From: Histomonas meleagridis 2922-C6/04-290x
Taxonomy: Eukaryota; Protista; Parabasalia
Length of the DNA stretch: 64,000 bases
Assembly: GCA_020184695.1 (NCBI GenBank)
Contig: JAANOX010000153.1
Location: 496,001-560,000, forward strand
Direction: 5' to 3'
Part shown: positions 53,427-64,000 of the stretch, piece after piece
Numbering within the stretch: position 1 is the stretch's first letter
How the letters are laid out: the number at the start of each line of letters is the position of its first letter
Notes under the pieces: generated by a model
Seen by the model: the letters and a program-made list of their open reading frames with translations, nothing else
Told to the model about the DNA's origin: nothing
Databases searched by the model: none
Program-made: the position numbers and the translations under genes

Positions 53427-54002
53427 ATGAGCGAAGGAAAAAATGGTGTAATTCTTTTACTATCAACAGGCTTTCAACTTCTTGAGGTAATGGGCCCTGT
53501 TGACTTCCTCAATAAAGCAGGAATTCCAATTAAGTTAGTTGCAGTAGGTGTTACTGGTTTAGAGATTGAAGATGGAACTGGTCACTTTCACAAAGCCGAT
53601 ATTACATTAGATCAAGTAAATGTTGATGATTACGAAGGAATTCTTGTTACAGGTGGAATTCCAAGCACGCAAACAATTGCAACAAACAACAAATGCGTTG
53701 AATTAATCAAAGAGTTTAATTCCAAAGGAAAATTGGTTGCTTCCATATGTGGATCAACAGGTGCAATTTTAGCTGAAGCATGTCAAATTCTCAAAGGTAA
53801 GAGAGCTGTTGGATATCCTGGAACTGATACAAAGATTACAGAAAACGGTGGAATCAAAGAAGAAAATAGAGTATGCACTGATGGAAACATTATCACATCA
53901 AGAGGTCCAGCTACTTCACTTGAGTGGAGTATCGAAATAATCAGATATCTTCGCGGACAAGAAACTGCCGATAATGTTTCAACTGGAACACTTATGCCAT
54001 AG
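53427..54002 (+). CDS. DJ-1/PfpI family protein
   Basis: GFQLLE, DYEGILVTGG, ASICG (nucleophilic Cys) and DGNIITSRGP; ATG at 53427. Confidence 0.93.
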   Translation: MSEGKNGVILLLSTGFQLLEVMGPVDFLNKAGIPIKLVAVGVTGLEIEDGTGHFHKADITLDQVNVDDYEGILVTGGIPSTQTIATNNKCVELIKEFNSKGKLVASICGSTGAILAEACQILKGKRAVGYPGTDTKITENGGIKEENRVCTDGNIITSRGPATSLEWSIEIIRYLRGQETADNVSTGTLMP

Positions 54003-54164
54003 CCGCTTAAATATTTCCAATAATTGCTGCTTCTTTAATAATATCATTATTTATTTTCATTCCTTCTTTAAGTAAAAATGAAAATATTTCGGAGTTATGA
54101 CATAAAATACAAAGCTTTCCTAATTCATCTAAATTATTAATTTCTTTTAATTTATTATCATAAA

Positions 54165-54275
54165 AATATTTAAAGATATCATTTTGATGAAATTCAATTG
54201 CTGCTTCATATGATTTTTCAAATGATGAATGATTTCTTCACTCCCACCTGCAATGCATATTTACCTGTATTATAT
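54165..54275 (-). pseudogene. Short DUF3447 gene fragment
   Basis: The reverse strand reads TGKYA.AGGSEEII..FEKSYEAAIEFHQNDIFKY with indels. Confidence 0.65.
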
Positions 54276-55093
54276 TAATATTTACATTTGCTCCAAATTT
54301 GGAGTGAGGATGTTGATTATTAGAGGAATTTTCTTCATTCAAACCAAAAATTGCATGATTTATTGATAGGAGTGTTTCCCAATCGCAATGTTCCTTTGGT
54401 TTCATGCGGAAAAATGAACCATTTCAATTCACAATTTTTTGGATCCAAACGATAAAAAGAAAAGAAAGTTAAAACACTTCAAGAAAATATTATAGTTAAA
54501 GGTATTTAAAATAAAATTATTAAATTATTAAATTAATAAAAGCACATAATAACTTAAATATAATGATAGCATCAATTACAGATGAAGATAAGAACAATGC
54601 ACTTAAGAATATTACAGCTTTGAAAAAGATAATTTAACTGATGAACTTTGATAAATCAATTAATTATGATGATTTAATTATTGGACAAGTAATGGATGTT
54701 AAAATCCCAAGTGAGAAAACAAAGAAACATTAAATACTGTTAATCAAATTTATGATTCTAAATCTACTTCTTATTCAAATCAAATCCGTAAATTTGTAGA
54801 AATTGCTTTACAACTATTAGCTTATTATGCTAGAGTTTCTTCATCACTTCAATAGTATGTTTTATTCCATACTTGATATTATGAAAGATAATAATATTTA
54901 CTTTATATACAAAAGCCTACATCAGATATGGGGAAATCTAAATTAGAATTCATGAGAATTGCTTCTAATGTAATTAAATCATTACAACCAGAACAGAATC
55001 TAAAATCCCCGAAACATTTGAAATAATGTTCAATTCACAAGTAGAAAAATTAGAGAAATCTATGAAAGAATTAGAAACTAAATCAATTTTATA

Positions 55094-55635
55094 CTAATAT
55101 TATTCAAATGAATATAAAATTATGAAAACATATTACAAATTATTAAAACATATATAAAATTATTAAAACATATTTTAAATTATTCAAATGAATGGTTTTT
55201 GCATTAACATCAATTCCTTCTTTATCTAAAAGTAATTTTACGATTTCTATATTTCCTGATTTAACTGAATATGGTAAAATTGTTTTTGGAATTTGTTGAC
55301 TTTCTATATCACTTTCTATTATGAATGTATTTCCTTTTGATGCTATTTATTTTATAATTTCATTATTTATTTTCATTACTTCTTTTTCTAAAAAAACATG
55401 AAGATTTTCATAATTATTAAATTCAATACATTTTCCCAAGATATATTAAATTTTCTTCACTTAAATTACAATTATCTTGATTTTCGATATCAGAATTCGA
55501 TTTTGTAAAAGAAGAGTTTGAAGATGAAAATTTTCCAATTTTATTTTCATAAAGATAATGAAAAATTTCATTTTGATGAAATTCTATAGCTGTTTCATAT
55601 GCTTCTGTAAATGATAAATTATTTTGTTCACATAA
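55094..55635 (-). pseudogene. Truncated paralog of the 36185-type DUF3447-ankyrin gene ending in a 17+3 array
   Basis: The reverse strand matches 36980-37417 with substitutions and a premature TAA. Four clean 20-nt units (55193-55114) follow, plus one degenerate unit. Confidence 0.85.
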
Positions 55636-56064
55636 AACATCTTTAATCTATTCTTATTGCTGTTCCATCCTTTTGATTAAATAAACATTCAAAATTTGTA
55701 AACCCGTATCCAATTTTATAATAAACTACATAAAATAAAAACAAATCAATTATGATGTGCCTCTGGTATATTTGAACAATTTCGACTGTTGAATTTTTTG
55801 ATTGATTTGAATATGTTTTTCCAAAAACAGCATAGAAATGAACATATAACTATTAGATACTTTGTTAGGTTGGATTTTTTACAAAATCTTTATTGATATT
55901 TTAAGAAAAAATTCTTTTCAACATTATATATATGCACGTTTATTTATCGTGAAGGTAATACTGGCTGAATTTTTTTGTCTCAAATTTTGTGTCGTTTGGA
56001 GTTTTTTCAAACAAATTTATTGGCAAAAATTTTATTTTGGTGCCTTGGCCAAAACATTAATAAA

Positions 56065-57063
56065 ATGACAACAACTCTTAAATTTCGAACTGTAACAGGA
56101 AAAAAATATGAATTAGATGTAGACCCAAACATAAAAATCAGTGAAGTAAAGGATCAGCTCGCACAACAATATAATGAACTTGAATCTCGTGCTTTAAAGT
56201 TACTTTTAAATACTAAAACATTAACTGATGATACTGTTGTGTCTAGTCTCAACATCCAACCAAATAGTTATATTATCCTTTATCAACCAAAAGTTAAAAA
56301 ACCTCAGACAAGTTCTACAACTACGCAACCACAGCAGCCAAATAAACCGTCACATCTAGATCAACCAATTCAACCACAACAATTTGAACGAGAATCACCA
56401 ACTCCACATATTGAAGAATCTACCCCAACAATTCAAGAACCAGATTATTTTGAAGAAATTAGAGAAACGGAACGTGAAAGCTTACCCCAAGCTGAAGAAG
56501 AAAGAGGTTCACATTCAAGATACCAAGACGAATTTCCAACATTTAAACAACTTAAACAGCAAGAAAGCTTAACCCGTTCGCAGCTGGCCAAATCCAACAA
56601 CAGTGATCCTATCAATTTCTCTGATCTTGTTAGTCAAATTGTCGATATGGGATTTGACAAACCAAGTGCCGAAAAAGCTTTAAGGAAATCCAACTACGAA
56701 CTCTCCACTGCCATTGAATATCTTTTATCTGGTAACCATGAAAATATCTCATCATCACATAAAGATCATTCCCATGTTGTAACCCATTACTATGGAGGGA
56801 GCATAATTTCCAGCCAAGAGGAGGAATTTAACCCTAGCACCGAGAACTTCACTATTTATGACGTTCCCAACCAAACCACAATTCACGTCGCATACAATCG
56901 ATACGGACAACTCCAAAGTACTTACGATGACCTGACGAACGAAGAGAAGCAAATTGTCGACAAACTTGCTGCTTCTATTGACCCGCCAACTGTGCTACAG
57001 GTTTTTATTGCGTGCGATAAGAATGAAGAAACAACAAAACTTTGCTTAGACTCAATGAATTAA
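56065..57063 (+). CDS. RAD23: UBL-UBA shuttle protein Rad23-like
   Basis: N-terminal UBL (LKFRTVTGKKY..L..D.TV), a central UBA (IVDMGFDKPSAEKALRKS..AIEYLLSG) and a C-terminal UBA (VLQVFIACDKNEE). ATG at 56065. Confidence 0.8.
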   Translation: MTTTLKFRTVTGKKYELDVDPNIKISEVKDQLAQQYNELESRALKLLLNTKTLTDDTVVSSLNIQPNSYIILYQPKVKKPQTSSTTTQPQQPNKPSHLDQPIQPQQFERESPTPHIEESTPTIQEPDYFEEIRETERESLPQAEEERGSHSRYQDEFPTFKQLKQQESLTRSQLAKSNNSDPINFSDLVSQIVDMGFDKPSAEKALRKSNYELSTAIEYLLSGNHENISSSHKDHSHVVTHYYGGSIISSQEEEFNPSTENFTIYDVPNQTTIHVAYNRYGQLQSTYDDLTNEEKQIVDKLAASIDPPTVLQVFIACDKNEETTKLCLDSMN

Positions 57064-58050
57064 ACATTTCATAAAATATTTTTGTATTGTTATGTTTGAC
57101 AAGTTCGACGACTTCAAAGAAAAGAAAATGACGAAATGACAAAGCAACTCAGCAACAAGTTACACTTTGAGTGATCGAAATGAAAATTAAGCAAAAATTT
57201 TTTTTTAATGAATAAGCATTTTTGATTTTGTCGTCAAGAAGCCATTTATCGTTTTCGTTTTTTACACTCGTGTACATCTTCCTCCACAAGTTCTTTCTGC
57301 TTGATTCTCCAATATTATAACATTATGCGGATTTATAATTTCTTTTAATGATATACATGATTCAACATTTTATATAATGATTTCGGCTTATCAACAAAGA
57401 AGTTCAATAATATCCAAGTGTTATGTAATATTAAGAAGTCGGAATCGATTAAATGTTTTGCTATAGCGTCTGAAAATTCTGGTTTTTCTACAATTACTTT
57501 CCGTGTAGTTTCTAATGTTAAGAATACATTCATAGCTTTAATTCTTTCTTTATATAAATTATTTGGGATTTCATGTAAATTCGATACTAAAAATCCAACT
57601 GATGAAGATAACTTTTCTAAATTTAATTTGAAATCGATCATTAATTAATATTTTACAGATTGGTATTAATAACAAAGATGAATATCGATTATTATTTTCT
57701 AATGTATTTGTCTTATGGATTACATCATTTAATAAATCACATAATTCATTACATTGGAATTGGAAATATAATGTATTACTTGTATTAATAATATGATTTA
57801 AGATTTGCGCTATAGCATATGGTATATTATATATATTATTGTTATTGTTTTGTAATAAGTTCGATTAGTAAAGACAAATGTTATCGAAGTAAGATTATTT
57901 TTTTTCAGAATAGCAAACCCTTTGTGTTTTACTTCGTAGGTGTTGTCAGAATCTGTTTGATGAGATTCTTCTTATATAAACATTAAAATTTCATGAAATT
58001 TTATCTTAGATGTTTTTTCTGAGATTATCTGGTCAATTCATATTTTGGAA

Positions 58051-58734
58051 ATGTGTGAAAACGAAGAAATTGTACCGCTTTCAAATGAACCACAAGACAT
58101 AACTGCCTATACATCTAAGCTTGGACTTGATCCAAGTTCAGCTACATTTACAGAGATCTTTTCATTTGAAGAAGAATACCTTGCATTAATCCCAAAACCA
58201 ATTTATGCAATTATTCTTCTTTACCCAATGGGACCTAAAGAAGAAGAAGGAGTGCTTTGGAAAAGGCATATGGAAATTCAAGAAATTCCAGATCCATCTC
58301 CATGGTTTACCCTTCAAAAAGTATCAAATTGTTGTGGAACAATTGCAATTATACATAGCATAATGAATAATTTAGAAAATGTAAAAATTGTAGAAAATTC
58401 TTGGTTTGACAGATTTGCAAAAAAAACAAAAACAATGACTCCAAACGAAAGAGCTGATCTGGTTTGTTCAGACAAAGAGCTACTCACTGTTCATACAAAA
58501 GCGGCAAAGGAAAGCTCTGTACCAATTCCAGAAAATTGTTTCACCCATTTTGCCTCATTTGTGGTCAAATATGGTTACCTGTGGGAGCTTGATGGAAGGA
58601 AGCCTCAGCCCATCTGCCATGGGCGGTGTAACGATCTTTTAGAATCCACCATAAATGTGATCAAAACAGAGTTCATACCTTCTGTCAAAAATCCAATGGA
58701 AATTACGATCCTTGGTCTTACTGCTTGCCCATAA
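58051..58734 (+). CDS. Ubiquitin C-terminal hydrolase, family C12 (UCHL3-like)
   Basis: PLSNEP, Q..SNCCGTIAIIHS (Cys), THFASF (His) and WELDGRK (Asp). Confidence 0.93.
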   Translation: MCENEEIVPLSNEPQDITAYTSKLGLDPSSATFTEIFSFEEEYLALIPKPIYAIILLYPMGPKEEEGVLWKRHMEIQEIPDPSPWFTLQKVSNCCGTIAIIHSIMNNLENVKIVENSWFDRFAKKTKTMTPNERADLVCSDKELLTVHTKAAKESSVPIPENCFTHFASFVVKYGYLWELDGRKPQPICHGRCNDLLESTINVIKTEFIPSVKNPMEITILGLTACP

Positions 58735-58933
58735 TTCGAAATTCAATCATCGTATGATGATTATCCACGCATAAAAACATCATATTATTATAATTCATAT
58801 GCGCTTTCTTTCTCTGTGTGTATCAATAATTTAATCTAAATCAAAGAATGAGTATTTGTTTTGAGGAATTGCAAAAACCGTTTTAAGTGTATTGGAAATT
58901 GTGAGAGTCTGTTTGGTCTCCCTTATCAGGTCA

Positions 58934-59344
58934 ATGAAGACAAACCCATTCGTTTCATCACAAGCAAGAAAAGTTCGTAAGGCTTTCTTCAATGCTACAA
59001 AAGAACAAAAGCATATTGCCATGAGCTCTCCTCTTAGCAAGGACCTTCAAAAGCAATACGGAATCAAACGTCTTCCAATACGTCGTGATGATGAAGTTGA
59101 AGTCGTTCGTGGTCAAATGAAGAAGCGTACTGGTCGTGTTGTCGCTGTTAAACTTTCAACAATGCGCATTAATATTGAATCTGTCACAAAGCAAAAGATC
59201 AGTAACGAAACAGTCTTTATCCCAATCCATCCTTCAAATGTTGTTATCACAAAAATTAAGATGGATAAGTATCGCAAGAACCTTATTGAAAAGAAACGCC
59301 AAAATCGCGAAAAGGCACTTCAAAAACTTGGCCGTGCAAAGTAA
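58934..59344 (+). CDS. RPL26: 60S ribosomal protein L26 (uL24)
   Basis: VSSQARKVRKAFFNA, MSSPLSKDL..YGIKRLPIRRDDEV.VVRG and IHPSNVVITK; ATG at 58934. Confidence 0.97.
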   Translation: MKTNPFVSSQARKVRKAFFNATKEQKHIAMSSPLSKDLQKQYGIKRLPIRRDDEVEVVRGQMKKRTGRVVAVKLSTMRINIESVTKQKISNETVFIPIHPSNVVITKIKMDKYRKNLIEKKRQNREKALQKLGRAK

Positions 59345-61097
59345 ATACACATTAAATTAAAGATAATTTTTCTTAAAATCTTACGTGAACTATGTATTTT
59401 AAAATAGCTATAAAATTTAATAGCAATTTGAAAACTTCAAAAATATCATCAAATATTGGCTACAACTAAAGTAATTGGATTATTACTTTATAAGTATTTT
59501 AATTTTATGTATTATTGATAAAAACGCATATAAAGAAAATAATCATGATAATGTGCATGCACATCTGTATATAAATCAAGAAATCAACACCCTATGTATA
59601 TAATTTTATTTATCAACTAAGCATTTATAAGCATTAATAAATAAATTCTTTCATATACATATTTACTATGTTTATGAGATTTCTCTATTACATTAAATTT
59701 TTAGTTATTTGACAAGTAATAGTTTTTGTACGAATATTTAAGAATGTAATAAATGTTTGTATTTAAGATTTATTCAAAATTTTGAATTTTACAATAAAAA
59801 ACATGTTGCTCTTTCTTATTCACGAAAAAAATCTTTGATGGATTCCTGAAGATAAAAAGAATATCTTTTAAAGCATTTTATTTTTTTTTTTTTTGATTAT
59901 ATTTTTCAGCTATTAAAAAAGTTTTACCTAAAAGTTTGACCAAAGTTTTGTATTTTTATTTAACAGGATTAAATATGATCAATTTTAGCAAATACGAAAA
60001 ACACGCTTCATCAAAGGTTTATAAATCTAAAACGCTTTTTTGCAATGTACATCTCTCTTTGTTTAAAGTATAGTATGTAACATATTCGCTCCGACCAGAA
60101 AATGATTCCACTTAATTTGCAATTTTCCCGTTTGACTGATTTTTGAAAAATAAATATTTGTTTTTGAATTTATCGCCAAAAAATTGAATGATTTCTTCTG
60201 GGTTTAAAGAATGAGACGTTCTATTTTTTTTTTGCACAAATAACGGTTTATAGTCAAATATTTATGGAATAATTATTAATGATGATATCAAATCTTTTGA
60301 ATAAATACGTTAATTTGAATGTAACGATAAGAAATTCAATATTTTGGCATTTTATGTTAAAGAAATATTGAACAAGGAAAGAATTAACAAAAGAATATAT
60401 AATCATTCCTAGAAATTAAAAATTTAATTCATTGATGTTAACTATAAAGATAGTGTAAAATCAGTATTAATTTTGATATCAAGAATTTGGTGTATATTTT
60501 GGTAAAAGATGATTTGTTACTCTAAATGAAATGCCTTGAATACAGAAACCTTGTAAAAGAAGCTATGAAAAATGGAATCAGTCCTGACATTATATTTTCT
60601 GAGTTGATGCTTGTAAGTTCTACATCATACATACCAGTGACCTCAGATTTATAGGAAAGGCAATTTTTGCCCACATTCAGAAGTAATTTCGACCAAATTT
60701 GAAGTTAATGCGCTTTGCATATTGATTTTCGGTTTATTTTTTGCCACCAGGCCGATACAATCTCTTTTTGATTTTTTCACAACAATATTGAATGGATGAT
60801 AATTTCAGCCCATTCAATTCATTGAAATGGTTATGAAATTTTGGCTAGAATTCATCAAAAAGCAATTCCCAAAACAGAAGAGCGGCATTTAGTATATCCT
60901 GAACAGCCAAATAGTGCCTTTTTGAGTTTCCTCAACTCTAAGTGTAATAAGTTGTTTTCCTTAGTTGTGGGTGAAGATCAAAGAGAAAATTTCAAAAAAT
61001 ACAGATGCTCGAAATTGTTGAAAGTTTTTTTAAACAAAAAATGCATTGTAATACATAAATATGATTTGAAAAATAATAATAATAATTAGCATGGCAC

Positions 61098-61415
61098 TTA
61101 TTTACCAAAAAGATCTTCTACAATCAAGTTATGAAGAATCTCTTCATCGCTCAGATTACTATTGTTTATATCCGGATCTGGAAACATTTGGAATGGAAGG
61201 AGGAACCAGAAGAAGTAACCGTTATCATTGATCAAATTGTCGTCACTGATTTTCTTTTTATTGGCTATTTTTGACTTTATTTTAGATATTTTATTCAATA
61301 AGGATTTTGATTCTTCAGTGAAATTACCTTTGATGAACTCGAAAACAAAGGATTCGCCATGGGCGCGAAAGGTTATTTGATGCCTTTGAACATGATTAGC
61401 AGGATGTCGACCCAT
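61098..61415 (-). CDS. Small hypothetical protein
   Basis: 105-aa ORF from ATG 61415 with coding-like composition; no family recognised. Confidence 0.45.
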   Translation of the reverse strand: MGRHPANHVQRHQITFRAHGESFVFEFIKGNFTEESKSLLNKISKIKSKIANKKKISDDNLINDNGYFFWFLLPFQMFPDPDINNSNLSDEEILHNLIVEDLFGK

Positions 61416-62788
61416 TCTTGATTGTTGGAGCAAATATAAAAATGAAAAAATTATTTCAAATTTCTACAAAACGATTCATTTTTTAAAAAATCGACTTTTT
61501 GACAATAATTAACTGAAAAAACGATTTTTCAATTTATGTTGTTTTTTTGAAAGCTTTTTTTCAATGATTTATTGAATCGATCGATGGATTCTCCTTCGAA
61601 TTTTGTCAAAATCTTTTTCTTCTTTGGTTTAGGTTGCGTTGGACACATGTATTCAAAATAAAAGATGATTCTTTCGTACTACATTGAGGAAATGTTTGGG
61701 CAAAAGATCAAGTGATTTGTTTTATTGAAATTTTTATAACGCAAAAGGAACATTAAACATTTAGATGAATCAAATAAAGATCTTTTTTAATAACTGATGA
61801 AATATCACGGCTTCCTATTACAATGGCCTGTGAAGGCGTTTGCTTTCTTGCTTTTATTTATTATCATTTAAATTGTCCATCGATTATGATAATCAAATAA
61901 GAGGGCTATGCCATTTAGTGAAGCATTATTTCAGAGAAGTAATGCTTTTACTTGGAGGCTAGAATAATCCAACATTTTCTTCTAAGTTAAATGAATCTTT
62001 CGTTTTTTCATGATAGATTGTAATAGGAAAAAACTCATGGGTATTCAACCCATGGGTTTATTCAAAAAGCAATAATTTCTTTCAATTATTGAATAAAAAA
62101 ATCGGTTTCCTGAAAATGTGAATAACTTTTTTAAAAAAGTTTTTCAATGCTTTATTCAAAATTGAATTAAATTAAACGTACCGATCAGAACCATATTCCC
62201 CCAAACGCATAGATGCCTTTTCTGATGTTTGCGGCTAATATTAACTATCAAATTCAATAGAAAGTATGTGTAAAGATACCATTTGTTGTTAACCTATTTT
62301 CGTTAGGAATAATGTGATCACATTTTTTTGAATATGAATTGAATGCACAAAAAATTTCAGTTCTAGTCATGACTGTTCTTTTAATCTATGGTTGGTAAAA
62401 ATAAAGTAAGTTCTATTCATCGAAATTTAATTGAATTTTTGATTTTAAACATTGAAAATAAAAAATCTTTAATAGATCCCTAAGTCAATGAATGTATAGC
62501 AATTCAAATGCAAACAAACCTGCACGTATATTTATATTTCGAAATTAGAAAAAAAAAATCATTAAAATGTCAATTCAAATTTACGGCAGCTGACTCGAAC
62601 AAAGACACTCGTCTTAGTCATCAAGACTGCAGCTTTGTAGGGAATTTTGAATTGGTTTCTCCACACAGATAACCAGGCCAAATCCCCAATGAGGCCTGCC
62701 GTCAAAATCCAGTCAATTCATGTGGCCATAACAAACAATTGAGTGAACTCAAATTAGAATGTAAACTATACAAATTCATACAAAAACA

Positions 62789-62902
62789 TGTTTAATTTTA
62801 ATATTAATATTTATTTTAATAATTTAATATTTCAAAATAATATTTGGAAATTTTTTTCATACATCACTTATGTTTGCGCCTTCAAAAGATTACTTATGGT
62901 AA
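62789..62902 (+). pseudogene. Solo relic of an interrupted ankyrin repeat
   Basis: Spacer units ending AAT, AAT, GGA and a shortened unit ending CAT, followed by ACA TCA CTT ATG TTT GCG (TSLMFA). Confidence 0.7.
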
Positions 62903-63720
62903 TGATCACTAAGCAATGCCGCACGAGCATCATGTGATATCATTTATTAATGGTTTCATAATGGTTTCATTTATTAATGGCTTCATGTATCCAAATTATT
63001 CCCAAGAATTGATGGAAATTTTGTATTGGTAATACTAAAGAACTTCAATGTTTAACTGAGCTTTTACGACTTCTTTCTTAACATCATATAGCATTCCAGT
63101 TTGTAAAGGTTAGATTATTTTGTTACATTAGTTAACTATATAAAATAATTGCTTGTCTGCACAAGTATTTTTTTTTTCTAGGTATGAAGATAAAGAATTT
63201 TTTTTATTTTTGATTTACATAGGCTTTATTTATTAATGTACTTAGTTTACTTAGAGTATCAAATAGTGTATTATGTTCATTTTTTGAGTATATGTTTGTT
63301 AAAAATTTTTGATCTTCAGATTATGTTATATTTTCTTTTATAAAATATATGTTTAAAACCTATACCTACATCTTTTTTGCAATCTATTTTTTTATTCTTT
63401 AAGTTATTTTAAAGCTTCCGATGTTGACAGCTTAAAAACCTAATTTGGGTTATCATCGTCAAAAAGTTTTGATGAAGTTATCACATAAAGTATTCAATTT
63501 TTCTATAGTGTCAAATAACAAACAAAATTATTTATCTCCAACATTGGGTCATTAGTTTTATATTTTTTATATATTTTTATTCAATATAACATAATGTCGT
63601 TCTAACATTTTCTTTATAACTTTATATATTTAATTGATTATTCAAAATTTCAATTTTTTTAGTTTTGTTTTCAAGCCTCGCACTTTACCACATTGGCAAG
63701 TTTATACTCATTGTGTTCTG

Positions 63721-64000
63721 ATGCAATCATACCAAACAACAATTAATGAGTCTTATGAATTTTGTTATCCACCACCACAAGCAATAGAAAGGACAAATGA
63801 CCCAAAAGCTAAGGCTTTTTTTTCAGATGGCAAAAAAAGAATTTTTGATAAGAACTTTTTGGAAATAGATAATGGGCAAGTATTCCAAGCAACAGCTGAA
63901 CTAAAATTTCCACATCCACAAGATTATAAATCAAAAGAAGAATTTTTGGATGCATGTTTCAAATGGGAAAAACGGGCCCTTCAAAACCTTCCTTCTTTAT
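63721..64000 (+). CDS. Hypothetical protein, runs off the window end
   Basis: Open frame from ATG 63721 (MQSYQTTINESYEFCYPPPQ...LKFPHPQDYKSKEEFLDACFKWEKRALQNLPSL) with no stop before 64000. Confidence 0.6.
   Translation, partial: MQSYQTTINESYEFCYPPPQAIERTNDPKAKAFFSDGKKRIFDKNFLEIDNGQVFQATAELKFPHPQDYKSKEEFLDACFKWEKRALQNLPSL

Noticed and set aside
57345-57990. Two overlapping minus-strand frames suggesting one broken gene
   Set aside because: In-frame TAA three codons after the ATG, a frameshift near 57640, and no recognisable domain. No 17-nt spacer pattern was seen to explain the breaks.
59400-61090. Short ORFs and possible mobile-element debris in the AT-rich stretch after RPL26
   Set aside because: No domain motifs, terminal repeats or second copies were identifiable within the window.

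Overview
AT-rich, gene-dense, essentially intron-free eukaryotic DNA, inferred to come from a parabasalid (trichomonad, Histomonas/Tritrichomonas-like). The basis is an Initiator-binding-domain gene, a DUF3447-ankyrin family, a BspA-like LRR fragment and M3-type promoter motifs. Housekeeping genes: RRP4 (two inverted copies), two E2 enzymes, SPT16, COP-zeta, a TBC RabGAP, gp210, a HEAT-repeat protein, 14-3-3, Rabs, MyTH4-RhoGAP, dynein light chain, DJ-1, RAD23, UCH and RPL26. The standout feature is in the DUF3447-ankyrin genes. In every ankyrin repeat the beta-hairpin loop (consensus KD-x-x-G-x-TAL) is written as single codons, each preceded by a fixed 17-nt AT-rich spacer with no GT-AG ends (20-nt unit = 17 + 3). 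Removing the spacers restores textbook 34-aa repeats (e.g. KN-EDGR-TAL, KD-SKGN-TAL). One repeat lacks exactly one 17-nt spacer. In a second subfamily the unit is a VNTR of 4-32 copies, adding one residue per copy. The architecture occurs at six loci on both strands. It implies an unexplained processing or recoding step (non-canonical micro-intron removal, ribosomal bypass, editing or DNA excision). The mechanism cannot be determined from sequence alone, and no candidate machinery gene is visible in the window.
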